A stretch of DNA of 64,000 nt from Chiloscyllium plagiosum (taxonomy: Eukaryota), in contig NC_057718.1 of assembly GCF_004010195.1 (NCBI RefSeq), forward strand, positions 4,165,775-4,229,774, written 5' to 3'. Both the position numbers and the translations under genes were made by a program. Below the pieces are notes generated by a model. It was not told where the DNA came from. It did not search any database and was given only the letters and a program-made list of their open reading frames with translations. Below, in pieces: positions 23,551 through 37,110 of this stretch (the first letter of the stretch is position 1; the number at the start of each line of letters is the position of its first letter).

Positions 23551-26500
23551 AGATTAGAATACTCATAGATTGATTTCAATGAGAAAAAAATCATTAATTA
23601 TAGGATTTTAAACTAGTTTTGGAGGAAAACTGACTGGGGTCTGAAGTCAATACGATTTCTCTCCTTGATGGAAGAATGGGGCAGTTCAGAGAAAGCTTTG
23701 TTATCCCCATGTAAAAGCTTAGTTAGTGACACTTCCACAGGAGGGTCTGCTTCAGAATCTGCAGTTTATTAAAAGACTGAGAAAGTCTAATCTCACGGGG
23801 TTGGATTTTCCAGTGAGGGGCAATCTCTCTCCAATTACCATTCCAACGCTTCCTTTTTCTATAATAGAAGGGAACACCACAAAACTGAGAGGAGATTTCA
23901 ATCAGGACTCCTTCAGAAATGCAGAACCGTATTTGTCTTGTGGAGCAGAAAATGTCACCAGAAGGCAAACAGCAGTCTCCAATGTTACAGCTGTCCGCTG
24001 CCACCTTCTGCAATTCAAAAGGAAACTTTCAATGTAATTTGAGGTTGAAATGTAAAGAATCACAGGCAGCCACTTTAGTAGATGCTGTTAAAATGTAAGG
24101 ACGTCAGTTAAGTGTGAGGGTTCAGTGCTGGGAGGGTAGGGAGCCAGACTGGTAAAGGGATTGAGTAAATTGGATGCCGGGTTGAGAGTGCCAGCTCAGT
24201 AGGATACCAACTAGGACGGGGTTAGAGTGACAGGTGCAAGTGTGCCAGGTGGGAAAGGGTTCAGATGTGGAGTGGGGGAAGAGGGGAGCAAGTCAGGGAG
24301 TGGGGAGGGGACTTTTATTTAATTCATTCATGGGATGAGAGCACTGGGCTGGCTCAGCGAGCATTAAAACCCCGCCAAATGAGGACAGATGGTAGATGGG
24401 AGTCAATCACATTGATGTGTGTCTGGAGTCACATGTGTGCCAGAGCAGGTAAAGACGGCAGTTTCTTTCCCAAAAGGACATTAAAGAATCAAAATTGGCT
24501 TTGCTCTGGGTTTTAGATCTTTTGTAAAGTCTTGTAACTTTAGATAAAAATTGGATTGATTTATTTTAATTTTTCTTTTGTATTGCGAAATAAATTCCTG
24601 TTTTATTGTTGAAAATAAAATTAATAGGCTTGTGTGTCTTGATTCAGTGAATCACAAACAATTCAGCTAAAAGGCACATAACCTATTGGGCCAGATTTCA
24701 TTTTGAGTTCTGTCTTATCGAGAGTTCTCACCTGCTGGGATCATAACCGCATGGTGATGTGAGAATTCCCTGAACTTCTTCATCTTTCTCTGTTACAAGT
24801 AATTTCATGGATCTGCTTTCATGCTTGCAGAGCTATTTTACATCATCTTCAATGGCTCTCTGTCATTTTTATAATATGATGGTTGCAACTGCCACAGAAC
24901 GCCAATTGGATGGGAACAAAGGGCTGATACAAGTTCAGCCTAAATACATACAGAGTTCTTGCCTCTGAATCAGAGACCCTAGGATCAAGTCGCACTCCAG
25001 GACCAATGGCCAAGGAAGATAAATTCATAATGAGGCCAAATGAGTTTAGATTTTAGATTCCCTACAGTGTGGAAACAGGTCCTTCGGCCCAACAAGTCCA
25101 CACAGACCCTCCGAAAAGCAACTCACCCAGACCCATTCCCCTATATTTACCCCTTCACCTAACACTACAGCAATTTAGCATGGCCAATTCACCTAACCTT
25201 CACATTTTCGGAGACATTTTTGTCACTCGCTCCCTCTCTCTCACTCCCTCTCTGTCACTCCCTCGCTGTCACTCGCTCCCTCTCTCTGTGGGAGTTGATG
25301 ATCATTAAGCTGTAAATCCCTCTGATACCCCTATGGCAGGCAGGAAGAGTGGGAAATGTTGCAGCCCTTAAGCCCTCATCCCTGTGTCTCTCAGACGGTG
25401 CAGTACAAATGTAATGAGGCAAACTTGATTCAGGAGTTCAAGGTCAAGGAATCCCAAGGAACCAGTGACCATGATACGACAGAATTCACATGGCAGTTCG
25501 AGAAGGAGATGATTGAATCATGTGTAACAGGATTACAACTGAGCAAAGGTTATTACAAAGAGGTGAGGGAGGAGCTGGCCAGAGTTGATTGGAAGGGAGT
25601 TCAGAAGGGAAGATGGTGGAGCAGCAATGGCAGGGGTTCTTGGGGTAATTTGGGAGGCACAACAGGAATTCATCCCAAGGAAGAAGAAACATACTCAGCA
25701 GAGGATGAGGCAACCATAACTGACAGTAGCCTCATTATGCCGTGGTCAAATGACCTTTGTTGTCTCGCTCTTACCTTTCAAATCTCTAAAAAACCTATTG
25801 CAATCCTCTTTTCACTACTAGATAGCGTGCTCACATCTTTCATCTTCTCCACCTCGTTACTTTTTCAGTCATGCTCTGCTGGTCCTTAAAGATTTCCCAG
25901 TTCTCTTGTTTCCCACTCATCTTCACCATGTTGTCTGGTTTTAACTTTGCTTTTGTTCATCCCTGACTCCAGCCAGAACTTCAAGAGGATCCAGGGGCAG
26001 AGGTGAGTGTAGGAAATAGGGCTGGGGAAGCTGAATGGTCTGAAAGTGAATAAATCACCCAGACCAGATGGAGTACAGTGCAAAGTTCTGAAAGAGATTT
26101 CAAAAAGATTTTAGAAAGACAGGGGGCAAGTCTTTAACACAGAGAGTGGTTCGGGCCTGGAATGCACTTCCAGAGGAAGTGGTGCATGTGGGGACCGTTA
26201 CAACATTTACAAGATATTTATACAGGTGCATGAATGAGAAAGGTTTGGAGGAATCTGAGTCAGGCACAGGCAGGTGGGACTGGTTCATTTTGGGATTTTG
26301 ATTGGGATGGACTGGTTGGAGCTGAAAATGTGTTGCTGGAAAAGCTCAGCAGGTCAGGCAGCATCCAAGGAGCAGGAGAATCATCGTTTCGGGCATGAGC
26401 CCTTCTTCAGGAATTGGTTGGACTTCATGGACTGGTTGGACCAAAGGGTGTGTTTCCAGCCTGTTTTACTCCATGAGATAGCTGAGGAGATTGTAGAGGA

Positions 26501-26973
26501 GATGGTGGTGATCTTTCAGGAATCACCCGAGTCAGGGAGGGTCCCAGAGGACTGGAAAATGGCTAATGGAACACCTTGCAATAAAGATGGATAGGGTCCT
26601 GATAGTAAAGGGAGCAAGGGTTAGAGGGAAAAGGCAGAAGAATGGGATTGAGAAAAATGTCAGTTGTGATCAAATGGTAGAGCAGATATGATGGACTGAA
26701 TGGCCTAATTCTGCTCCTCTATTTTATGGTCTCATTGTCCGAGTCCCACTGCACATCCTTGACAACAAAATACTCTCTGAAGCTGTTGGTCAGCACAATG
26801 TAACACGAAAGAGCAAAGCTCAGATGTTGTCCAAAACAATTTGGTTTCTAATTAGTGGCTGGAATCCACAACAACTATTGATTATATCGAGGAGATTTTG
26901 TCATGGCTTCGTTTCCAGGTGATTATTTTGAGGTTTCTCATCTATTCTGATCTCAGTTATTTTCTATTCACAG

Positions 26974-27327
26974 ATCAGGATACATGGCCAGTTCTTTTCC
27001 AATCCCCTGAAGCAGTGACGGTGACTGAGGGTGGGACAGTGACATTTCACTGTGATTTGTGGAGCAGTAATGTCGATAACACCGTGGACAAATATGATGT
27101 ACACTGGCACCATTCCCGAGGCGGGCCGGTCATACTGAGTCATTATCAAAACGGCAGTGTTTACCGATCGAAGCGGCGGTACTCTGAGCGGTTTCAGCTT
27201 TCCAGAAATGTGACCAGTAACAGCTTCATTCTGACCATCAGAGAGCCGCAGCTCAGTGACACCAATACCTACATCTGTCAGATTTGGGGGGATATCTTTG
27301 GGAACGGGGCCCGGCTGAATGTGACCA
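26974..27327 (+). CDS. Gene B V3: germline-joined VJ-type Ig domain exon (intact)
   Basis: ttctattcacAG ... A/GTAAGT, 354 nt, phase 1-1; TVTFHC, VHW, DTNTYIC, FGNGARLNVT. Confidence 0.92.
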
Positions 27328-30300
27328 GTAAGTATTCTCTAATACAATATTGATTTGATTGCCAGTGATTTCACCATGGAAGCATCCTGTTTAATTAACA
27401 TTTTATAAACTTTATAACAGACCCAGGCCCCGAACTCTCAAACCCCCTCCACAAGCTCTTGGCCCCTCCCACGGGTTCCCAAACCCTGTCCCCAGCAGAA
27501 GCAGCACAGTCAGCTCACTGCCCTGGATCACAGATCATTCCCCTGACTCCTTCCAATCGGTCAGGGAGTGACAGAGAGGGAGTGATAGCGAGGGAGCGAG
27601 TGACAGAGTGAGTGACAAAGAGGGAGCGACAGAGAGGGAGTGAGTGACAGGGAGGGAGTTACATAGACGGAGAGATAAAGAGGGAGAGACAGGGAGGGTG
27701 CAAGTGATAGAGAGGGAGTGACAGAAAACGAATGACAGAGAGGGAGTGACAATTAGGGTGCAAGTGACAGGGAAGGAGCAAGTGAGAGNNNNNNNNNNNN
27801 NNNNNNNNNNNNNNNNNNNNNNNNNNNNNNNNNNNNNNNNNNNNNNNNNNNNNNNNNNNNNNNNNNNNNNNNNNNNNNNNNNNNNNNNNNNNNNNNNNNN
27901 NNNNNNNNNNNNNNNNNNNNNNNNNNNNNNNNNNNNNNNNNNNNNNNNNNNNNNNNNNNNNNNNNNNNNNNNNNNNNNNNNNNNNNNNNNNNNNNNNNNN
28001 NNNNNNNNNNNNNNNNNNNNNNNNNNNNNNNNNNNNNNNNNNNNNNNNNNNNNNNNNNNNNNNNNNNNNNNNNNNNNNNNNNNNNNNNNNNNNNNNNNNN
28101 NNNNNNNNNNNNNNNNNNNNNNNNNNNNNNNNNNNNNNNNNNNNNNNNNNNNNNNNNNNNNNNNNNNNNNNNNNNNNNNNNNNNNNNNNNNNNNNNNNNN
28201 NNNNNNNNNNNNNNNNNNNNNNNNNNNNNNNNNNNNNNNNNNNNNNNNNNNNNNNNNNNNNNNNNNNNNNNNNNNNNNNNNNNNNNNNNNNNNNNNNNNN
28301 NNNNNNNNNNNNNNNNNNNNNNNNNNNNNNNNNNNNNNNNNNNNNNNNNNNNNNNNNNNNNNNNNNNNNNNNNNNNNNNNNNNNNNNNNNNNNNNNNNNN
28401 NNNNNNNNNNNNNNNNNNNNNNNNNNNNNNNNNNNNNNNNNNNNNNNNNNNNNNNNNNNNNNNNNNNNNNNNNNNNNNNNNNNNNNNNNNNNNNNNNGTG
28501 AGTGAGGATGAGTGTGTAAGGGTGAGTAATCATGACTGAGGAGCGATGGTGAGTGTGGAGTGAGAGTGAGTATGAGTGAGTGAGGGCGGGTGATGAGCAA
28601 GTGATGGTGAATGAGGGTCAGTAAGGATCAATGAGAGTGAATGAGGGAGAGTAAGTGATTCTGGGAAATGGGTGACTGAGCTTGAGTGAGGCACAAGTGA
28701 TGTATGAGTCAGGGTGACTGAGGATTCAGTGAGGAATGTCAGAGTAATGAGTGAGGGCCACTGAGAGTGTGATGGTGAGTGAGGGTAAGAGATTAGAATA
28801 CTCATAGATTGATTTCAATGAGAAAAAACATTAATTGTAGGATTTTAAACCAGTTTTGGAGGAGAACTGACTGGGGTCTGAAGTCAATACGATTTCTCTC
28901 CTCGATGGAAGAATGGGGCAGTTCAGAGAAAACTTTGTTATCCCCATGTAAAAGCTTAGTTAGTGACACTTCCACAGGAGGGTCTGCTTCAGAATCTGCA
29001 GTTTATTAAAAGACTGAGAAAGTCTAATCTCACGGGGTTGGATTTTCCAGTGAGGGGCAATCTCTCTCCAATTACCATTCCAACACTTCCTTTTTCCAAA
29101 ATAGAAGGGAACACCACAAAACTGAGAGGAGATTTCAATCAGGACTCCTTCAGAAATGCAGAACCGTATTTCTCTTGTGGAGCAGAGTATGTCACAGGAA
29201 GTCTAACAGCAGTCCCCAATGTTACAGCTGTCCGCTGCCACCTTCTGCAATTCAAAAGGAAACCTTCAATGTAATTTGAGGTTGAAATGTAAAGAATCAC
29301 AGGCAGCCACTTTAGCAGATGCTGTTAAAATGTAAGGACGTCAGCTAAGTGTGAGGGTTCAGTGCTGGGAGGGTAGGGAGCCAGACTGGTAAAGGGATGG
29401 AGTAAATTGAATGCCGGGTTGAGAGTGCCAGCTCAGTAGGATACCAATTAGGACGGGGTTAGAGTGCCAAGTGGGAAAGGGTTCAGATGTGAAGTGGGGG
29501 AAGAGGGGAGCAAGTCAGGGAGTGGGGAGGGGACTTTTATTTAATTCATTCATGGGATGAGAGCACTGGGCTGGCTCAGCGAGCATTAAAACCCCGCCAA
29601 ATGAGGACAGATGGTAGATGGGAGTCAATCACATTGATGTGTGTCTAGAGTCACATGTATGCCAGAGCAGGTAAAGACGGCAGTTTCTTTCCCAAAAGGA
29701 CATTAAAGAATCAAAATTGGCTTTGCTCTGGGTTTTAGATCTTTTGTAAAGTCTTGTAACTTTAGATAAAAATTGGATTGATTTATTTAAATTTTTCTTT
29801 TGTATTGCGAAATAAATTCCTGTTTTTGTTGTTGAAAAGAAAATTAATAGGCTTGTGTGTCTTGATTCAGTGAATCACAAACAATTCTGCTAAAAGACAC
29901 ACAACCTATTGGACCAGATTTCATTTTGAGTTCTGTCTTATCCAGAGTTCTCACCTGCTGGGATCATAATGGCATGGTGATGTGAGAATTCCCTGAACTT
30001 CTTCATCTTTCTCTGTTACAAGTAATTTCATGGATCTGCTTTCATGCTTGCAGAGCTATTTTGCATCATCTTCAATGGCTCTCTGTCATTTTTATAACAT
30101 GATGGTTGCAACTGCCACAGAACGCCAATTGGACGGGAACAAGGGGCTGATACAAGTTCAGCCTAAATACATACAGAGTCCTTCCCTCTGAATCAGAGAC
30201 CCTAGGATCAAGTCCCACTCCAGGACCAATGGCCAAGGAAGATAAATTCATAATGAGGCCAAATGAGTTTAGATTTTAGATTCCCTACAGTGTGGAAACA

Positions 30301-31639
30301 GGTCCTTCGGCCCAACAAGTCCACACCGACCCTCCGAAGAGCAACCCACCGAGACCCATTCGCCTATATTTACCCCTTCACCTAACACTACGGCAATTTA
30401 GCATGGCCAATTCACCTAACCTGCACATTTTCGGATACATTTTTGTCACTTGCTCCCTCTCTCTCACTCCCTCTCTCTCACTCCCTCGCTGTCACTCGCT
30501 CCCTCTCTCTGCGGGAGTTGATGATCATTAAGCTGTAAATCCCTCTGATACCCCTATGGCAGGCAGGAAGAGTGGGAAATGTTAACTCGCTTTCTCTAAA
30601 AACAGATGCTGCCAGACCTGTAGAGTTTCTCCAGCACCATACGCTTTCATTCCACATCTCTTCTTAGACTCAAGCTGGTATAAAATGAACTCAATATCAC
30701 TGGATTCCAATGTTTCTCTCCCCAGATCACTTCCTTTCCAGTTCATTTCCTCTAAAACCAAGTGCCATGACATTTTCCTCAAATGCCTGCACCTTCTCAG
30801 CTCTGTCCGGTAAAGCTACCTTTGGTTTATTCACCAACTCAATCAACCTGGGTTTGGAAAGTTCCTTGAAGACTATCAATAAAAACACTGTCGGCCGTAG
30901 AAAGCTTTTGCCAGTTCCAGAGCCAAGACTTCAATGCAGAAGCAAACCTTATGCCTCCCTTCACTTACTTTGTTCACTAATAACACATCCAAATCCTCAA
31001 TGCTTCTCTTTCAAATCAATCCTAGCCAAGCCTCCTAACCTTATTCCTCTTCCTTGGTAGAGCTCTCGAAATCATGGCCCACTATTCAGGAGGCATCACA
31101 AATGGTCATGATTTTAAGAAGCACGCAAATCCCACTTTTAATTTTTTTTGGTACCAGGTTCACAGAGAGCACTAACCAGGTGCCAGAACATCACAAGAAT
31201 CATTACTCATTGCAGATGAATGGACTGCACCTACTCATGAACACTTACAAACCTTCACCATATCCCTCTACTGTTTAATATTCTAACTCTGTTATAAACT
31301 CCTCTTGCATACATCTACAGGCAGATAAAGACAGAAAAAACATGGGAGGGAAAGACTGGGAAAGCGGTTGACTGGTCCCATTCCCCAGAGTTCTCTGAAA
31401 TAGTCCTTATGGCTGGGGGGGACATGCTGTTCCCTGATGCTCCCTGTCTAATGCCTTTCACTGGTGTGAAACAGATTCAGGGAGTCTGGCTCACACTCTG
31501 GATCCACTCACTGTGGGATCAGTGTGATGGATCTCCACTTGAGAGTCACTGTAAAGACTCAATGATTTCTCTTCAATTCAATCACCTGAAACACATCACA
31601 GGTGGAGGCAACAACAACCTGCATTGAAATAGCTCCACT

Positions 31640-33391
31640 GTTACAACAGAGAACTCCCAAATTCCACAATTTAAAGAAAATAATATCAATTTATTCTTTA
31701 ACTCTAAAGATCCATATTAAACAACAATTATTCACAATGCTAAGGCCCCCCCCCTTTCTCTTAAGTGCTTATTATTTGCCCCCACCTCTAAAACAATACA
31801 CTGTTCCAATAAGACATGCATTAAAATTACATCAACTTTATTTCAGAACACCACACTGGCTGTTGTCTTCAGTGTCTATCTTCTTCTGACTGAAGGTCTC
31901 CCTGGGCCATCTTCTTCCTTTTTCTCCGAATATGTTTCATATAAAAAGGCATCTTCAATAGAGAGGTTTTCCTAATTTCTTGGATCTGTGTTGATGACAG
32001 TTTCTCTGTCCAATTTTCAAAATGCCTGTCTTTTTATATTCCCAATAGTGGATTGAATCATTGGTTTGATGTTGGCAAACCAAGAAATTCAAGCGCAATT
32101 GGTTTTTAGTATCCTGGGGCATAATTTAAACCGATTAGTTAAATTTGAATTTTTTTTTAGATTACTTACAGTGTGGAAACAGGCCCTTCGGCCCAACAAG
32201 TCCACACCAAACCGCCGAAGCGCAACCTACCCAGACCCACTCCCCTACATTTACCCCTTCACCTAACACTACGGGCAATTTAGCATGGCCAATTCACCTA
32301 ACCTGCACATTTTTGGATGTGTGAGGAAACCGGAGCACCCGGAGAAAACCCACGCAGACCCGGGGAGAATTTGGCAAATTTGGCAAGCATCTTAAACCCC
32401 AAAACTTCTTTAACAATCTTAAGAGCCATTTTCTCACTTTTAATTTAACCAACTTCAAGTAACTTAAATTAAATGAATTGTCTCACCTAAGTTTTATTTA
32501 AAGATCTAGGACACTAATCAGCAAGTGTTTAAATCTGCTGGGATCTTTCATAACACAAATCTGATCAAATCTGTCCAAATCTCAGACTGGATCTGACTAA
32601 ACCTGTTCAAATCTCAGAGCTGTGCCCAGAAACTGTTACCACACGGCATTGAGCCTGTCTGTTAATTAAACAAACACTCAGAAAAGCTCAACTTGTCACG
32701 TAATCTGTTAAAATATGAGTGACAGAGAAATCCCAAATTCTGCTATTTAATGAAAATAATATCGTTTTATTCTTTAACTCAAAAAGTGAGCATTAAACAA
32801 TAATTATTCACAGCTCTAAGCTCCCTTTCTCTTAACTGCTTATTATCTGCTTCCAATTCTATAACAATATGCTGTTCCAATAAAACACTTATTAAAATTA
32901 CATCAACTTAATTTCAATACCACACAGCAGCTGTTGTCTTCGGAGTCTGTCACCTTCTGGCTGAATGTGGCCCTGGGCCATCTTCTTTCTTTTTACTGCA
33001 AATATGTTTCATCTAAAAAGGAACTTTCAATAGAAAGGTTTTCAAAATTTCTTGGATCTGTGTTGATGGTAGGTGCTCTGTCTGATTTTCAAAATACCTG
33101 CCTTTTTTATATCGCCAATCTCACATCATTCATTGGTTCGAGGTTGTCAAAACAATAAATTCAAACTCAGATGTGTTTTAGTATCCTGGTGCATAATTTT
33201 AACTGATTCTTTAAATTCAAATTGTTGTCAAAACAGCAACCAACTCAGGTATCCATTTCACAGCCAAATGTTACATAGTTTCAATTTTCCAGTACATTTT
33301 AGGACTATCTTCTAGTGCTTGTAAGACTCTCAGGGCAGAACAGCATTCGTTCTCTCTTAAAGGTACAGTACACACCTTCAACCTCATAACA
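31640..33391. mobile_element. Two related LTR-like sequences (about 31640-32150 and 32634-33391), the first followed by an HE1 SINE (32158-32370, minus)
   Basis: Diverged direct repeat of about 500 bp; second copy bounded by TGTTA...TAACA; no clean TSD seen. Confidence 0.5.
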
Positions 33392-34265
33392 CCACTAAAA
33401 ACAAAATTGCTATCAAAGTATTTCACAAAAATATATCTTGGGCAAAATCCAACAGAGGCAACAAGTGAAATGTCAGGAGAATGACACACATATTGGTCAA
33501 AATGCTGGGTTTCGAAAGATTTGGAAGTTGGAGAGCAATCCGATTAAGGGAACAGGTTTAAAAGAAGAGCCTCAGGCACCTGAAGACGGTTGGGAGTTAG
33601 GAAGTGGATGAGAATCAAGCATTGGAGCAGCAAAGAACTGTGGGGTTTTAGATCTGGACAAGGTTTTAGAGATTGGGAGGGACAAAGCTCTGCTGAAATT
33701 GGAAGCTGAGAATGGAAGATCGATTCAGTGATTTAGGAGCCAGTGAGACAGTGTCTGACTCCAGCAATGGATCAGCAGGATTCAAGCTCAATGCTGTGAG
33801 CTGGGAGCTGGACTGAATGGATTTGAAAAGATCATTTTGAGAGCATTAAGATTGGATATTAGATGGAGAATCAGCAGCAGTAGCAGGGAATACAAATAGA
33901 TCTGGGGGAGTTTTTTGAGGAGGGTTTTGATGACAGTGAGTTTGAAGAGACCTCTAGTTCTGTGAGCTGCATTGTAAAGGATGAAGAAAGCTCATGGAGA
34001 AGAAATAAACAGGGACTGAGTCATTAGGAAATAAGAAGGCAGTGTGGGGAGAAGATTGGGAGGATTCTGCAGTGACTGGGGATCGGGACGAAGAAGCAAC
34101 AAGTTTATAAATGAGGAGGAAGTGGCAACGTTTTCCAGATCGGGCAGCTTGATAATAAATTGAGAAATTACCCAAATGAACATGGACTCACGTTTTTATT
34201 AGATATTTGAGATATTTACCAGACTTTAGGCTAATTTTAATTTATTCATACTTTTTCTCTTAAAT

Positions 34266-34610
34266 GTGCAAATATCCCAGTCCTTCTCCAGTCTCCGAGC
34301 CTGGAACGTTTCACCGAGGGTCACACTGCCCAGTTATAGTGCACCATGAGGAACACCGCAGTTACACACACTGATGTTCACTGGGACCGGGAACAACCAG
34401 GGAAAAACACGGAGAGGGTTTTAACACATGACACGAGAAACATCACACAATGGAGCCCAGGATTCACTGAGCGATTCCAGTCTTCTAGAGACCCCTCCAA
34501 TAGCAGCTTCATTCTGACCATCACAAACGTGCAGCCCAGTGACACTGGGGTCGATTACTGTAACGTGTGGGGAGATATCAGTGGGAATGGAACCCAGCTG
34601 ACTGTAACAA
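34266..34610 (+). pseudogene. V4: VJ-type exon with mutated acceptor and in-frame stop
   Basis: PVLLQSP...TAQL*CTMRN...VHW...DTGVDYCNVWGDISGNGTQLTVT; TAG at 34337-34339; AT where V6 has AG; GTAAGT donor retained. Confidence 0.88.
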
Positions 34611-35389
34611 GTAAGTATATAAAAATTTGTTTTAAGCAAAATGGCATCAAAACAGTGAACTCAGTAACAGTATTCCCACTATAGAGGAGACAGGATTGAA
34701 GACTTGGGGTTGTGATGTTCTCAACATATCTCTGACCCATATTCCATGGAGCTATGAATCCTCCCTGGGCATGACATTGAGGAATTCATCTTCTTTCACA
34801 ATTTCTCCTTCGATCAGAATCAACCAGCTTCTCAAACTCAATGGAAATACTTTTTTAAAATTTTAATTAACTTGTAGGATATGGGTCTCACTGGCTGGTT
34901 CAGCATTTATTGCCTGTTCCTAGTTGCCCATGAAAATGTGGTGCTGAGCTGCCATCTTGAACTGCTGCAGTCCCTGTGCTGTGGGGAGACCCACAATGAC
35001 CTTCGGGAGGTAATTGCAGGATTTTGACCCAGTGACACTGAAGGAACTGCAATATATTTCCACATCAGGATTGTGTGTAGCATGGAGGAGACCTTGGAGC
35101 TGGTGGTGTTCCGATGTATCTGTTGCCCTTGTCTTACGAGATAGAAGTGGTCATGGGTTCGGAAGGTCCTGTGTTAGCATATTTGTGAATTTTTGCAGTA
35201 CATCTTGTAAATGGTACTCAATACTGCTGCTGAGCATTGGTGATGGAGGGACTGGATGCTTGTGGAAGTGGAGTTAAAAAAGCAGCTGCTTTGCCTTGGA
35301 TGGTCAGTTACTAATCTATCATTTATGAAATTTCTGAGTAATCTGCAAATTTAGAAATTATCGCTCGTATTTCCAAATCCATGATAAAT

Positions 35390-35810
35390 AGAATCATAGA
35401 ATTCTCTCCACGGCATTAACATCCTTCCTTAAACAAATTGCCCAGAACTGAACAAAGCACTCTAAATGTGGCCTGACCAATGATTTGTAGAGTAGTGGTA
35501 TCACTTCCTTGCTTTTATACGCTGTGCGTCTCTCTATAAACCCAGAGATCCTGTCAGCCTTCTGAACAACTGCTTGAACTTGCTTGGCCACCTTCAGAGG
35601 ACCATGCATTGAATGCCAAGGTCCCCTTGCTCCTGTATTCCCCTCAACATTGTACCATTGAGCCTGTATTATCTCTCTGTGCTTCCCAGACAGGCATACA
35701 TTACCTCCCATTTCTCTCCACTTAGCTTCATCTTGCCGGGTGTCTGCCCATTGGACCAATTTATCAATGTCCCTATGAATTTGCTCAGCACCATCCTTAC
35801 AATTCACTAT
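35390..35810 (-). mobile_element. CR1 LINE RT fragment
   Basis: LYKSLVRPHLECFVQFWA motif. Confidence 0.85.
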
Positions 35811-37110
35811 TTTCTCTACCTCAGTATCTGGGACACCACAGAGTCACAGCTGTCCACACACACACACACACACACCTTGCATCATAGCAGCGAGACTCCA
35901 TTGCAAATTCTTCTCAGCATTGTCCTGGTCTTTCAATAGTAATTTAAGAAGAAGAGCACGGATAAACTAAAATATTTTTAAATAGCGCCTTTCAGAACCT
36001 CAAGAAGTCCAACAGAACTTACAATCAATGACATGCATTAGTTTCACGGAAAAACACACAGGAAGATCCCACAAACATTGTCTAATAAAGCAGAGTCAAC
36101 AAGGGCTTTGTGGAAAGGGAAATCATGTCTTCCTAATTTATCAGAGATTTTTGAGCAAGTCATGATGAGGATGGATAGAAGGTAACCAGTAGATGTGTTG
36201 TATTTGGACTTCCAGAAAGCATTGGACAAAGTATCTCCCAAAAGGTTAAGTCATCAGAGAACAGCCGATGGTGGTGGACATTGGCGAGGATAGAGAATTG
36301 GAACATGAGCAGAAAACAGTGAGTGGGGAGAAGGGCTTTTTTGTCAAATTGATGACCCATGACCAGTGGGGGTTTCACAGACATCAGTGCAGGGAACACA
36401 ACTGTTTACAATATATATGAATGACTGGGCAGATGGAAGTGCATGTACTTTAGCAAAATTTCCAAATGACAGAAAAAATATGTGGAAAGGCAGTTTGACA
36501 GAGGGATATAAACAGTTTATAAAGAGATATTGTTTGGTTAAATAAGTGGGGAAAAGTTGACAAATGGAGTAACATGCAGGGAAATGGGAAGCTGTTCATT
36601 TTGGAAGGGACAACAAAAGAACAGATTTTTACTTATAGAGAAATTGCAGAAAGCTGCAACACAAAGGGAATGGAGGGGTCAAGTGTGTGAAATACAGAAA
36701 GCTTATACACAGGGGCAGCAGGTAATCAGGAAAGCTAATGCAATGTTGGCCCTCAATTCAACGGGGTTGGAGTATGAGAGTCAGGAAGTCTTACTGCAAT
36801 TTTTAGATGCTGTGGAGACCACATGAACAGTAGTATCAACAGTTTTGGTTCATTTATTCCTGAAAAGATATCATTTCATTAGAGACAGTTCAGTGCAATT
36901 ACACTAAGATGATCATTTGTTTGGAGGGATTGTCGTTTGAGCAAAGGCTAAACAGGTTGGGCTTCCCCTCACTGGAGTTTAGAAGAATGAGAGGTGATCT
37001 CATTGAAACATACAGGATTCATGAGGTTCCTGATAGGGTCAATGCTGAGAGGATGTTTCCCCTCAAGGGAGAGTCTAGGACCAGAGGGCATCATCTCAGA
37101 ATAAAGCGAC

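Larger units (their letters stand above)
18921..30583 (+). repeat. Head-to-tail tandem duplication: unit 1 18921-25356 (V1+V2), unit 2 25357-30583 (V3)
   Basis: Near-identical ORF pairs (18920/25356, 23726/28963, 25069/30292); TGTT microhomology at start, junction and end. Confidence 0.9.

Noticed and set aside
26898-26973. Hydrophobic MSWLRFQVIILRFLIYSDLSYFLF as a fused leader for V3 (similarly 40559-40616 for V5)
   Set aside because: Starts at a non-ATG codon and is the translated polypyrimidine tract; the equivalent region before V1 differs by an indel.
18921-30583. Duplication as a haplotype mis-assembly
   Set aside because: The unit junction at 25357 lies in gap-free sequence and V1/V3 differ substantially; exact copy number remains uncertain because of the gaps.
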